Assembly (NCBI GenBank): GCA_000165345.1
Contig: CM000431.1
Coordinates: forward strand, 672,001 to 736,000
Direction: 5' to 3'
DNA: 64,000 nt
Part shown: piece by piece, positions 29,754 through 40,148 of the stretch
How positions within the stretch are numbered: the first letter of the stretch is position 1
Layout of the letters: every line of letters starts with the position of its first letter
Position numbers and translations under genes: made by a program
Notes under the pieces: generated by a model
What the model saw: only the letters and a program-made list of their open reading frames with translations
What the model was told of the DNA's origin: nothing
Database searches by the model: none

Positions 29754-29910
29754 GTATTGTTCTTAAGAATTTCATTTCTCCAATTGAATTGTCTTAATTT
29801 CCATTAAAATAAAGTTCTCCCCTCCAACAAATAACCTCCCGGCAATAATGAAAAATTGTCAATATGAAATAAAATAGTTTTTGGTTACTTAATAATCAAA
29901 TGTGGTATAA

Positions 29911-32466
29911 ATGGAAATGGACTTGATCCCAACAAATATTAGTTTTAATCCATTTAGAATTGAATCTTTAATTGACGATCATACTGCGGTTTCATTATAT
30001 AGAGGTATTTATGAATGTCTTGAATTAATTAAATGCGGAGAAACTCACAAATTAAGTTTTGAATTTTTATATAGAACATGTTATAGACTTACAATAAACA
30101 ATTATGGTGGGATGCTCTATTGCGGTGTTTTGGATTTTATTGTAGAGATGTTAGAAAAAGAAAGAAAAGACGAAACTTTAGATGAAATTGTGAATTTTTG
30201 GAAAACTTTTGAAATAACAATGGATACTTTACATGATGTCTTAATGTATTTAGAGAAGAATTTTATTATTTCAAATACGAAGGTTCCTATTAAAACTGCT
30301 GGTATGTCAATTTTCTTGAAATATTATCTTCTTTCAAGCAATAGGATTGTAAATGTTATCAATAACGTACTTGAACAATTGAATTATATTAGAAAATCAA
30401 AAAAATTAGATATAAATTTTTCAAAAGAAATTAGATTTATTGTCGAACAAATATTGAGTCTTCCTTCAATTGAAGTAAATATTAAGAGTTTACCAGAAGA
30501 TATAGTTGATACGATCAGGTTTAATGAAGTCTGCTGTCAAAGTACAATTATAGAAGATGACGAGCTCATTTCATTAAAGTCAAAAATCCCACTAATTAAC
30601 CGTGCTTACGATAATAAAATACTCATCTTTACGTATAAATTTAATCACAAAGCACCAGAATTTAACTGGAGAGATTTTGCCATTTTCAATCAATTCTTTA
30701 TGCCATACTTTTTAGCCAAATCTAGGGAATATCATGAAAAAGAATTTGAAATTTCTCATAGTTTGGATAAAGATTCAATTTCGCAAATAAGAAATTATTT
30801 GAGTAAATGTGAACAAAACTATATGTTCGAAAAAATGATTGTTGAAAATTGTCTAGTTTTTCAAGTTTGGGAAGAGCTTATTAAAGAAATGGATAAGGTT
30901 TGGATACACCCTTTTTTTGAAAGATTTTCAAGTATTAATTTGTTCGAGTTTTTTTTGATTGGAGCCAAAAACGATCTACAACAGTTATTTAGGATTTTAA
31001 GTCGTGTACCAGAATGTCTAGAACAATTAAAGAATTCTCTTAAGCAATTTTTTTCGATAAGATTAGACAAAATATTCCCTGTTGATGAGGTGTTTATTAA
31101 TGATGGATTTAAAAAATTTATTGACGAAGTTCATCTGTTTAAGTGTAGAAGTGAATTTATTTTTATAGAATGCTTTAAAAATAATAGTATGTTTAATCAA
31201 GTTTTAAGTGTTTCTTTTGAAGACTTTTTTCTCAATAGAAACGCAACGACAACAATTAATTTGATAGTGAATGGATTCGACATTGTACTTAGATCTTTGT
31301 ACAATGATAACAAAATTGATGAAAATAACAAACATCTAGATACTCTATTTTGGTTATTCAAATATGTTTCTAATAAGAGTTTGTTTGAAATCAAGTACAG
31401 AACTCTTCTGTGTAAGAGATTAATGGAATTTGATGTAAATAAAAGAAATATAGAGCACAACATAATAATAAAATTAAGAGGAGAATGCGGTCATGGGTAT
31501 ACATTAAAACTTGAAGGCATTCTAGCAGATATGATACAATCAGAGATTTTAAATATGGAGTTTCAACAAATTAATAATGAGATTTCTGTTCTTTCAAATA
31601 CTATTATTAATTACAAAGTAATAACCCCGAACTTTTGGATAACTCATCCATATATTAACTTTTCTTTCCTAAATAATCTTAATTGCAAACTAGATAACTT
31701 TACACAATTTTTTTATTCAAAATATGAAAGAAGAAAACTTCAGTGGCATCTTGGAGAAGGTAGTGCAATTATTAATGTTAATCTTAAAAGCCGATTTAAT
31801 AAAAGTTTTACTATTGAATGTTCGACCATTCAAATGTTTATATTAGATATTTTTAATACATTTGACTTTATTTCTTTTGAGGAAATGCAGAAGATTATCG
31901 GATGTAGTGATATAAATCTATTAAAACACAACTTATTGTGCCTTGTTTTTGAAAATGAACCTTTATTGAATATTATTCCGATAACGAGGTGGAAAGAGAT
32001 AACAATAAACAACAAGAACTTAAATGAAAATAAAGGAATAATTGGAGTCACAGAACTCAACATTTGCCCAAAAGAACATTTTCCTACAAACACGAACTCA
32101 TTAATAGCTTCAGTTTCTCTTACCGACATTATTTGCATTAATAACGATGCAAATGTAAAAGATAATTCTATTATCAAATATAATTATGACTCTCTAGATC
32201 TTAATTATGAAATTAAACAAAATTTTGACTCCGAAGGTTCTTCGATACGAGATAAAGGTTATATTATTGATTCAATTATAGTCCGAAATCTAAAGAAAAA
32301 TAAGACCCTTCATATTGATGATATTACCAGGAGGGTGATTAATCATAATGATGTACTGCTACATGGAAGCACTGAGCTTATTGTTGAGAGACTAGAAATG
32401 CTCTGTCAAAAAGAGTTTGTTTCTAAAGATTTATTTTCGCAAAACCTATATAGCTACGTTCCATGA
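29911..32466 (+). CDS. cullin family protein
   Basis: 851 aa. C-terminal cullin-homology and neddylation winged-helix region (...IVRNLKKNKTLHIDDITRRVINHNDVLLHGSTELIVERLEMLCQKEFVSKD...). N-terminal helical repeats. ATG verified. Confidence 0.8.
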   Translation: MEMDLIPTNISFNPFRIESLIDDHTAVSLYRGIYECLELIKCGETHKLSFEFLYRTCYRLTINNYGGMLYCGVLDFIVEMLEKERKDETLDEIVNFWKTFEITMDTLHDVLMYLEKNFIISNTKVPIKTAGMSIFLKYYLLSSNRIVNVINNVLEQLNYIRKSKKLDINFSKEIRFIVEQILSLPSIEVNIKSLPEDIVDTIRFNEVCCQSTIIEDDELISLKSKIPLINRAYDNKILIFTYKFNHKAPEFNWRDFAIFNQFFMPYFLAKSREYHEKEFEISHSLDKDSISQIRNYLSKCEQNYMFEKMIVENCLVFQVWEELIKEMDKVWIHPFFERFSSINLFEFFLIGAKNDLQQLFRILSRVPECLEQLKNSLKQFFSIRLDKIFPVDEVFINDGFKKFIDEVHLFKCRSEFIFIECFKNNSMFNQVLSVSFEDFFLNRNATTTINLIVNGFDIVLRSLYNDNKIDENNKHLDTLFWLFKYVSNKSLFEIKYRTLLCKRLMEFDVNKRNIEHNIIIKLRGECGHGYTLKLEGILADMIQSEILNMEFQQINNEISVLSNTIINYKVITPNFWITHPYINFSFLNNLNCKLDNFTQFFYSKYERRKLQWHLGEGSAIINVNLKSRFNKSFTIECSTIQMFILDIFNTFDFISFEEMQKIIGCSDINLLKHNLLCLVFENEPLLNIIPITRWKEITINNKNLNENKGIIGVTELNICPKEHFPTNTNSLIASVSLTDIICINNDANVKDNSIIKYNYDSLDLNYEIKQNFDSEGSSIRDKGYIIDSIIVRNLKKNKTLHIDDITRRVINHNDVLLHGSTELIVERLEMLCQKEFVSKDLFSQNLYSYVP

Positions 32467-32479
32467 ATAAAGATAACAA

Positions 32480-33070
32480 TTAACAAATATTTTCAGTGAG
32501 CTGTGACTTTCTTGCAAGTCTTCGTTCTTTTTTTCTCACAAATTTCATCTTTTTTGCAATAATTTGCTCTTCAGACAAGTTAGAGCTTTTTCGCCTCTTA
32601 TTTTTTCTATTTGATTGTTTGTTGGGAGTCAAGCCAGAGCTTAATGCATTTTTAGGGTTAATCTCATCTATAATTTTATCTCCATCTGTCAAATTATGAA
32701 GAATATTGAATTTTTCTCTTATTTTCCTTGCATCTTCCTGTTTTTTTTGCCATTTTTCTACCATATTTAGATGTTGTTTAGATTTGATATGCTTATCAAG
32801 ATCAGACTCATTAATAATTATTTTTTTGGGACAGAGAATGCATTTAAATTTCCCAATAAAGTCATATTCAACGGAATCAATGCTTTCAGTTTTTATATCT
32901 TCATTTTTCAATAGAGAATCTGAATGTTCTTCAACGTTCTTTGGGGATTCATCTGAAAAGTCATCTCCATAAACTTTATTTATTTGTTTTTCAATATTTT
33001 CACGTAAATATTTACAATTTAATGAGTTTGAAAGCAAATCTGACGAAAATAATGCAACTCTCTTATACAT
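32480..33070 (-). CDS. U1-type/C2H2 zinc-finger protein (ZNF593/Bud20- or Rei1-like), basic C-terminal tail
   Basis: 196 aa. FKCILCPKKIIINESDLDKHIKSKQH is a matrin/U1-type C2H2 finger. Lys/Arg-rich C-terminus. ATG verified. Confidence 0.5.
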   Translation of the reverse strand: MYKRVALFSSDLLSNSLNCKYLRENIEKQINKVYGDDFSDESPKNVEEHSDSLLKNEDIKTESIDSVEYDFIGKFKCILCPKKIIINESDLDKHIKSKQHLNMVEKWQKKQEDARKIREKFNILHNLTDGDKIIDEINPKNALSSGLTPNKQSNRKNKRRKSSNLSEEQIIAKKMKFVRKKERRLARKSQLTENIC

Positions 33071-33140
33071 TATATCTATTTTGACAACTAATTTAAATAT
33101 TTGTAAAGCGCCGCTTTTATTAAAAAAAATTATTTTTAAT

Positions 33141-33875
33141 CTAATTATCTAATATTGATGAGGCACGATCACTAAGTTTTTGATAAATACGAAGCTCTTT
33201 TAAAATAGATAATATTTTTGTTATAGAAAAATTATCTTTCTCAAATTCGTTTTCCAAAGATTTAATACAATTATCGATCTTAAATTTGTTCTTTTTTGAT
33301 ATTTCATCAAAGTCTGTAATATTAAAATCGGCATTCGAAATTTCCATAATTTTGTCATCTATCTCAAATATCTGTTCTAATAAACTTGAGTTTACTGGAA
33401 TTGTATCCATTATATTTATTAAACTATCTCTTGTCATGCCACTCTTCAAAGATATCAATAATAGAGCTCTTTCAAATGGATCGTTCACAGTGTTATATTG
33501 TTTTATGATATGAATAGAAATATTTTCGTTTACATTGTTACTTACATCAGGATGCAACTTTCTCATTAGTTCTTTATAACTTAAATCAACACTTTTTTTG
33601 TTAATTGAAAATTTATTTTCAAGACCAAATAACTGGAATGCATTCATATTTAAAATTCCAGATAAATTTTCCTCATTTAATAGTTTAAAAGTTTTTCTCA
33701 TATCTGAATAATTGCTTTTATCTCTCAAATATCGATTCGTTTTAAAATTTGAATTTATCAGTAGATAAGAGCATGGGAATTGCTTAAAATAAGAAACTAA
33801 AATTTTGTAATTTGGAGCTAACTTTGATATTAAACGTGAAACCAAAAGTTTTTCATTGCTAATATTAAAGATCAT
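33141..33875 (-). CDS. HSCB: Fe-S cluster co-chaperone HscB/Jac1 (J-type)
   Basis: 244 aa. J domain with HPD (NAFQLFGLENKFSINKKSVDLSYKELMRKLHPDVS). C-terminal helical HscB domain aligning with human HSCB (LLEQIFEIDDKIMEI...KILSILKELRIYQKLSDR). Confidence 0.8.
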   Translation of the reverse strand: MIFNISNEKLLVSRLISKLAPNYKILVSYFKQFPCSYLLINSNFKTNRYLRDKSNYSDMRKTFKLLNEENLSGILNMNAFQLFGLENKFSINKKSVDLSYKELMRKLHPDVSNNVNENISIHIIKQYNTVNDPFERALLLISLKSGMTRDSLINIMDTIPVNSSLLEQIFEIDDKIMEISNADFNITDFDEISKKNKFKIDNCIKSLENEFEKDNFSITKILSILKELRIYQKLSDRASSILDN

Positions 33876-33908
33876 TAATCAATTCTAATTAGAATAAACA
33901 AATTCAAC

Positions 33909-33915
33909 TTGGCGG
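33909..33915. promoter_or_regulatory. E2F-like GC box TTGGCGG in the 89 bp divergent spacer between HscB and POP1
   Basis: cttggcggtagccgac is the only GC-rich island in this spacer. Confidence 0.2.
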
Positions 33916-33964
33916 TAGCCGACAATTAAGTCAAAAGTCTAATTAAATAATAATTGAGTTAATA

Positions 33965-36436
33965 ATGAACTCAAGGTTTGAATACCAGCTAAATCCATTA
34001 ACACTTACTTCTAGTAAAAATTCATTACCTCAAATTGTCAATGTTCCCCATCTATCTAGTGGCCGGAAGGATGAAATTTGTAGATATGTAAATTTCATTA
34101 AGAAAAGTAACTCTACAAAACGATGTTTTCAAAGACTTCCACCCGCAATTAGGCGTAGGTCAATGTCATATAATGTTTATAGAGCACCAAGGAAAATCAG
34201 GCCAACTCTTTTCTACGAAATGGCCAAAGCGCCTCCAAGGATTTCAAGAAAGAGAAGAAAAGAAAGGAAAAAGCTACCTTGGATCAGACGAAACCTTTTA
34301 CTTAGAGCGATTAATCGGGAAAATTTTTGTGGAAAAGAAATTCTCCCATTTAATATAAGGAATTCAAGTGATTTAAGCACTGCCTTCCGCAAAAAAGGAC
34401 AAAGAAGTACAAAACTGCCATTTAATCAGTTTAAGTGGATGGAATCGCATTTGTATCATTCAAAAAGATTCAAAATGTGCGATGCCTTTGGATACAAATT
34501 GCCAATATGCTCAACCTCAAAAAGAAACCGAAAAATTTATAGAGCATTTAAACATGAATTTGTTGTTCACGATTCATCATATTTACAGCTATTTGAATTA
34601 AATGGTGTTATAGAGGATATTTCTATATTATTTAAGCTTTGTAATTTTAATGTTGACTTTTTATTTAGCAATGATTATTTTAATACCAGCTATCGCGGAG
34701 GTGGATTCCTTTTTAAGCTAAAGGACAATATACTGGATAAAATGTCTATAAATACATTATTTCCTGAGAAAACGCATTTTTATTCTTGGGAAAGAATTGC
34801 TCCTATTGAGTTTTTATGGTCTCCATTCTGTAAAAATTGCGGATACAGTAAATCTCTTTGGGTTTGGATACATCCTATTGCTTCTCATCAACAATTTTTT
34901 TATTGGGAAAAATGCATTGAGATATTTGGTCTAGATGTTTGCATAAACCTAGTAGAAGATGTAAATAGATTTGAGTTTAGAGGCCCAAAATCTTTGAATT
35001 TTATTGAGTCATTTAGATTAAAACGTCCCCTTTCTCAAATTGAAAAATTTGTGGCTGAACAAGATTTTGTGAATAGTATTCACATTAAAGTACCACTAAC
35101 ATACAGTTCAAATAAATTACCTAATGAGGTTTTTAAGTCAAATAAATATCCAGCTTTAAAAGATAATTTTATGGGATGCTCACTTTTTTGCAAGAAATAT
35201 AGAGAAGCCATTCGAAGCCAATTTTTTTCTTCAAAAAATTTATTATATAACAAGCAAACAACAAAATGTGAAAAATATCACTCACCATTGATCAATATTC
35301 TAAATTACAGAAGTAGAAAGAGAAAGAATATAAAAACCCTTCTTTCAAACATTATGGAGAGGAACGAAAAGTTTAACTCTTCCTTAGGGTCCAATTCAAG
35401 TAGAAAAAGAGTACAACAGAAATTCGTTGTTTCAAAAGCGTTAATTATTATTCATCAAGGTTCAAACTTTGGTTTTGATCTTGTTTTTCCGCGTGGATTA
35501 AATTCATCATTGATATTAAGATATATGCACTTTTATTCTGCCCAAATTATTGGGATTGGAGAGAGAAGAAAACTATTTACTCAATTTGGAATTCCAATGT
35601 TTCCATTTGATTTCATTGAAACTTTAAGTAACCAAAAATTACAAATTTCTAACCCAATTTATACTGAATCAAAAGAGTTATTCGAGGAGTTATCTAATGA
35701 GGTAGTTAATTTCTCAAACTTTTTAAAAACTCCACCAAGTAAAAGGATAAACTATTTTTTTAATAAAATTGAGTTCCCTTTTCTGATCAATTGGAATAAA
35801 ATATTGAATTATTCATGTGAAGAATTTGTTACATTTCAAAATAACTTCTTAACACTTAATCAAATTGTTTCAACCTCAACTGCCAATAATCCGGATAAAA
35901 TTACAGAAGTTGAAAATTACAATATATTTGTTGCTAGGGTTGGATACAGAGGAACTAGAAAAGAGTATAAAAATGTATCTTCTTATATTCTAGAAAACCC
36001 AATAATGAAGCTAAGAACTTTAGTGCTAGTAAAAATTACATCACCACGTAAAATAAATCATAAAGCGCATATTTACATGTGTAACAAAGATGATATCAAA
36101 GAGATTAAAAGGAAAAATTATTTGACTGAAGAGCCTAATAAATATGGAAAGATTTCTTTGAAAGAAAATGCAACAAATCAACCTGAATTTTTCAATTTTA
36201 GAAACCCTGGTTTTTCCACCTTGAGGAAACTTGTGGGCATTGTTACAAGCGGAGGATACTCCATGCTTTTGAGAAAAGGAATAGGAATAGGCTATATTTC
36301 GCTTTTCTCATTTGATGAATCTTGTCTAGAACAAAACAAAGAATCATTTTTCTGGATTAGAGATCGCTGCCTTAGATATACTCCTGTTAATGTAGAAAAA
36401 TACAGTGCAACAAATCTTCATTTCAATATTTATTAA
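33965..36436 (+). CDS. POP1: RNase P/MRP protein subunit POP1
   Basis: 823 aa. N-terminal POP1 motifs (LPPAIRRRSMSYNVYRAPRKIRP; ESHLYHSKRFKM, cf. ETHIWHAKRFHM) and the downstream POPLD region. Confidence 0.7.
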   Translation: MNSRFEYQLNPLTLTSSKNSLPQIVNVPHLSSGRKDEICRYVNFIKKSNSTKRCFQRLPPAIRRRSMSYNVYRAPRKIRPTLFYEMAKAPPRISRKRRKERKKLPWIRRNLLLRAINRENFCGKEILPFNIRNSSDLSTAFRKKGQRSTKLPFNQFKWMESHLYHSKRFKMCDAFGYKLPICSTSKRNRKIYRAFKHEFVVHDSSYLQLFELNGVIEDISILFKLCNFNVDFLFSNDYFNTSYRGGGFLFKLKDNILDKMSINTLFPEKTHFYSWERIAPIEFLWSPFCKNCGYSKSLWVWIHPIASHQQFFYWEKCIEIFGLDVCINLVEDVNRFEFRGPKSLNFIESFRLKRPLSQIEKFVAEQDFVNSIHIKVPLTYSSNKLPNEVFKSNKYPALKDNFMGCSLFCKKYREAIRSQFFSSKNLLYNKQTTKCEKYHSPLINILNYRSRKRKNIKTLLSNIMERNEKFNSSLGSNSSRKRVQQKFVVSKALIIIHQGSNFGFDLVFPRGLNSSLILRYMHFYSAQIIGIGERRKLFTQFGIPMFPFDFIETLSNQKLQISNPIYTESKELFEELSNEVVNFSNFLKTPPSKRINYFFNKIEFPFLINWNKILNYSCEEFVTFQNNFLTLNQIVSTSTANNPDKITEVENYNIFVARVGYRGTRKEYKNVSSYILENPIMKLRTLVLVKITSPRKINHKAHIYMCNKDDIKEIKRKNYLTEEPNKYGKISLKENATNQPEFFNFRNPGFSTLRKLVGIVTSGGYSMLLRKGIGIGYISLFSFDESCLEQNKESFFWIRDRCLRYTPVNVEKYSATNLHFNIY

Positions 36437-36437
36437 G

Positions 36438-37322
36438 TTATAGTAGTTTAATTTTAGGTTTTCTTTTCATTGACGAAACTTTTGATAACAATAATTTTGG
36501 GGATTTAGTAGATATTAAGTACGCTTTGGAACCAGAAGTTTCAGATGATTTACTTTCTTCTTTACACTCTAAGAAATGTCTCGGAAGGCTAATGATATAG
36601 CTTTTTGTATATTCCTTTGGTAAATTTGATGAATAGTCTCTAACATATTTGTATAACTTATTTTCAATTTTATTATAAAGTGAGAACCTTGTCGTGGGAT
36701 GATTCCAACCTTCGTCCAATTCAAGAATGGTGTCCATGCCCTCTTCCTGAGAATCAAGCATCACTTGGAATGTTGAGCAGTAATTCATATCTAAAGGTAT
36801 AATGTCTAGTATCGATACAGCTGTAACATTTTGTTTTATTGGATGCATTAGTTTTACTACTTGATCATCAGTTTCTATTGTACCCCTCTCCATACAAACA
36901 GACTGACTGGTAATATCGCATTCATTTGCTTTAGTGCCATAATAAACTCCAATTATTTCTTCATCTATTATTGCCAAATCATCTGACGATATATGATTTT
37001 TACGAGAGGGATTTTCAACCGCATCTTCGGCTTTAATTGAATCATTTGAAAAGCCTGCATTATGTCTAGGGATCATATTTATTTGCAAATTGTGTGTAAA
37101 TTCATATAGAGTTGTAAGGTATTCTTGAATACTGGCTTGGCTAATTGGAAAATTAATATATTCAGGTTCAGATGATAAAAAAGGTAGTTTAATTAAGCCC
37201 GAAAAAAACTCATGTTTGTATGGGAACGGCATATTAGAGTCTGATAAATTTGCAGATGAAACCTGAAGACTCTTACGAAAATAATCTGCAACATTATGAT
37301 TTAGCTTGCTTCTTAATTGCAT
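36438..37322 (-). CDS. hypothetical protein (294 aa)
   Basis: ATG verified at 37320-37322. Its stop codon (36438-36440) is 1 nt from the POP1 stop (36434-36436). No family recognised. The antisense ORF 36569-36757 is spurious. Confidence 0.45.
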   Translation of the reverse strand: MQLRSKLNHNVADYFRKSLQVSSANLSDSNMPFPYKHEFFSGLIKLPFLSSEPEYINFPISQASIQEYLTTLYEFTHNLQINMIPRHNAGFSNDSIKAEDAVENPSRKNHISSDDLAIIDEEIIGVYYGTKANECDITSQSVCMERGTIETDDQVVKLMHPIKQNVTAVSILDIIPLDMNYCSTFQVMLDSQEEGMDTILELDEGWNHPTTRFSLYNKIENKLYKYVRDYSSNLPKEYTKSYIISLPRHFLECKEESKSSETSGSKAYLISTKSPKLLLSKVSSMKRKPKIKLL

Positions 37323-37530
37323 TTGAAAAAGAAAATGAGTTATAAAAAAAAAATATAAATTTTGGCTCCAGAAATATGCGCCTTAATAAGTTTAATCATG
37401 TAATGATTGACATTTCTATAAATCAAATCCAAACAAAATAATTATTCGGATCTTTGTCAATTTATCTCTGAAAATATTTTATTAAAACGTGCAAACAATC
37501 AATTTCAGTTCAAGAATAATACAGGATATG

Positions 37531-37541
37531 CAACTAGCGCC
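37531..37541 (+). promoter_or_regulatory. CAACTAGCGCC motif, copy 2, 58 nt upstream of the ATG at 37599
   Basis: Identical to 20452-20462. Confidence 0.3.
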
Positions 37542-37598
37542 CGAATATATTTTTATATAAAAAAACACGCTACGCAAAACGACAAATTAATCTTCTAC

Positions 37599-38252
37599 AT
37601 GAAAAAAAATAACAAGTCAACATACCAAAAAACTAGAAAACTTGACAATTACTGTAATGTTTGCGAAAAAGGATTTATCAACAATGAAAAACATGTACAA
37701 CATATTTTAAATTTTCATGTCACTTGCAGTGAAGAAAATTGTAACTACTCTGCACCAAAAGAAATAATGCACTATCATAAACTAAAACATATTAATAATA
37801 ATGAAGGTAATAGCATTACAGAATCAACTGAAGAGATCGAAAAATGGTTAATTTGTAGGAAAATGAAGTTCCCTAGACCTGTATGTTCAAAGAACCATTC
37901 GATTAAAAGTCAAGATTCAAATGAGATTCTGCAAGATAATAAAAAAAAATGTCAAAGTACTCAAATTTCTGCATTGGAACATTATATAAGGATAAATATG
38001 AGTAATCAGTTACCGTTTTCCCGTTCTAAAAAGCTAAACAAGCCTTTAAATAAAAAGAATATTAATTATAATTCTAACTTAAAGGTACATAAAAATAAAA
38101 TGTATGGGGAAGCCTTTCCAGAAAACAAAAAAATACAGAAATCTCTTTTATTTAGACTATTTAAAAGTGAGATTCATATATATGAAAAGAAAATGATATC
38201 CGCCATTAATCACATATTAGAACGTTCTCATTTCAAAAATCTGTTGAATTAA
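37599..38252 (+). CDS. zinc-finger protein, NUFIP1/Rsa1-like (box C/D snoRNP assembly factor) candidate
   Basis: 217 aa. C2H2-like finger (CNVCEKGF...HVQHILNFH) followed by TEEIEKWLICRKMKFPRP, which resembles the NUFIP1-domain EEI-KW-ERR-FPT signature. Basic C-terminus. Confidence 0.5.
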   Translation: MKKNNKSTYQKTRKLDNYCNVCEKGFINNEKHVQHILNFHVTCSEENCNYSAPKEIMHYHKLKHINNNEGNSITESTEEIEKWLICRKMKFPRPVCSKNHSIKSQDSNEILQDNKKKCQSTQISALEHYIRINMSNQLPFSRSKKLNKPLNKKNINYNSNLKVHKNKMYGEAFPENKKIQKSLLFRLFKSEIHIYEKKMISAINHILERSHFKNLLN

Positions 38253-38305
38253 CGTTGAATCAAATATAATTGCTTTATTATTATTTATAAACGCTTTATT
38301 ATTAT

Positions 38306-38599
38306 TTATAAACTTCTTAAAATTAATGACGTCCTTCCACTGCTTATAATATCATCATCCTTCTTATGATTATCGGATAATTTCCTATTCACAGCTTTCT
38401 TATTCTTTTTAAATTTCTTTCTTTCAATCGCTTTACTAATAATGTTTTTTTTATCAACTTTAATTTTATCCTTTTTTGAATTAAGGAGAGATACCTCTAC
38501 TAGACTTTCATTCTTGAAATTAATAGTTGTATCTATCCACGATTCTATGTTCAAATCTTCATCTAGAGAATTTCTAAAAGTTATTTCGGAAAGATCCAT
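38306..38599 (-). CDS. small Lys-rich protein (97 aa), unassigned
   Basis: ATG verified. Highly basic (KKDKIKVDKKN...KKFKKNKKAVNRK). Could be a nucleolar or ribosome-biogenesis small protein. Weakly supported as a real gene. Confidence 0.3.
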   Translation of the reverse strand: MDLSEITFRNSLDEDLNIESWIDTTINFKNESLVEVSLLNSKKDKIKVDKKNIISKAIERKKFKKNKKAVNRKLSDNHKKDDDIISSGRTSLILRSL

Positions 38600-38783
38600 T
38601 TATAGATATTTTCTATATAATTAATAAATTATCCCGCGGCAAAATATTTGAAATAATCGAGTTACAGAATGAATACTAAATATAAAATTTATAACATCAA
38701 AATAGAAATTTAGGTGTACTAAGATATGGATTTGTTGTATAAATAATCTAAGGTAAACCTTATATTTATTATATCAAATTGTT

Positions 38784-39893
38784 TCAGTTGTCAATACTGA
38801 AAAACTGTCCGTTATTCACTTGTGTTGCAATTTTAGTTTCAAGCGCTAGTGTCCTAAACATGCTTGCAATATTATCATGTGGATTACCATTATTTATTCC
38901 GAATGGTGAATAGCTTCCTGTTGAATGTATGTTTCTATCCTCCTCACTAATGCTTTGGGTTCCTATTGTCTGCATCCCTAAACTTGGAAAACTACTTGCA
39001 ACTGAGTTTATTTTGCTTTGTGAAGATCTTTTCAAGTCTTGAAGAGCAACTTTTTTTCCTCTTCGTCCAATATTTGGCATTTCATTTGCATTTAATAAGG
39101 ATTCAGAAAACAACCAAGAAATGGCACGCCTAACCTCTATTAAATTTTGTGAAAGAAATTTTATAGAGGAAACTTTAGAACACCACTTAATATGATATTC
39201 AGCATGAGGGCCACAATAAAGTACCACTCCAAGAAAATTTGACAACTTTTTTTTTGATATTTCTTCAGCCAATCTCTCATTCAGAGCTACATCTGCAGAC
39301 GTAACAATCAACCTTTTACAACCATCCAGTTCATTGTTAACATCTAACAACTCCTTACAATTATCTGCAATGAAAACATACGCTCCAAGCGCCTCTACTT
39401 CTTCTTTGAAATTTTTTGCAACATTAATCCCTAAATTTGCTCTTAAAAATAATACAATCGACTTTACTTTGCTTTTAACTTTCACTTCACTATTGTGGAA
39501 ATAATTTGTAACAAAATTGGAATTAATTAATGAAGGCAGAAAATTATCTTTATTATAATAATCATGGCAAGTGTACTCAGCATCATTTACATGATTCATT
39601 CCGTTTATATTTGTGTTAATATTTGATGGTATGCATTCTTCAAAATATTTAGTGTTTTCTACACTATTGAAGTTAACCCAATTATTGATTCCATTAATTT
39701 CGTTTTTTTTGTTTAAAATAGATGAAATATCTTCGTTGTTGTATGTATTATCACTATAATAGTAACAATAACTCTCAAAATCAAGGTCGACTGTATTTCC
39801 TGTGGGTAGAGATAGTGCCAACGTTTCATTTTCCGAAATGCCCTGGCTAAATGAGTTTAAATTAATTAGTTTTTCAATATTAAAACCTGACAT
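38784..39893 (-). CDS. hypothetical protein (369 aa) with C-terminal alpha/beta domain of unassigned family
   Basis: ATG verified. Asn/Tyr-rich N-terminal half. The C-terminal 150 aa has an alternating beta-strand/helix pattern (VKSIVLFLRANLGINVAKNF...KRLIVTSADVALNERLAEEI...). Confidence 0.5.
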   Translation of the reverse strand: MSGFNIEKLINLNSFSQGISENETLALSLPTGNTVDLDFESYCYYYSDNTYNNEDISSILNKKNEINGINNWVNFNSVENTKYFEECIPSNINTNINGMNHVNDAEYTCHDYYNKDNFLPSLINSNFVTNYFHNSEVKVKSKVKSIVLFLRANLGINVAKNFKEEVEALGAYVFIADNCKELLDVNNELDGCKRLIVTSADVALNERLAEEISKKKLSNFLGVVLYCGPHAEYHIKWCSKVSSIKFLSQNLIEVRRAISWLFSESLLNANEMPNIGRRGKKVALQDLKRSSQSKINSVASSFPSLGMQTIGTQSISEEDRNIHSTGSYSPFGINNGNPHDNIASMFRTLALETKIATQVNNGQFFSIDN

Positions 39894-39978
39894 ATCTTTA
39901 TTCTTCTGACTTATCTTTGTTATTAATATTAATTATTGAAGGTTTTTCGTATAGAAAGTTATGCAACTTTAAAAGTAT

Positions 39979-40003
39979 TGCATGCGAAATTTTGGTGCAT
40001 GCA
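39979..40003. promoter_or_regulatory. paired TGCATGC / TGCATGCA palindromic motifs 86-110 nt upstream of the ATG at 39893 on the minus strand
   Basis: tgcatgcgaaattttggtgcatgca. TGCATGCA is a known apicomplexan cis-element. Confidence 0.3.
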
Positions 40004-40148
40004 CGCACATGCCAGGTCAAATACACTTTTTTCAGAAGTTAGAAATTAGTATAACTTTTTGGAAATGTTTATAACTCGTAATTGACAAATATCATATAAA
40101 CCTAAATCCTCCGTTCACCCCACTCCAGGTTTATAATGAAAACAATCA

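Noticed and set aside
38784-39893. Possible CheY-like receiver domain in the C-terminal half of the 369-aa protein
   Set aside because: Only the alternating strand/helix rhythm matches. The conserved Asp pocket and Lys are not identifiable. Too weak to call.
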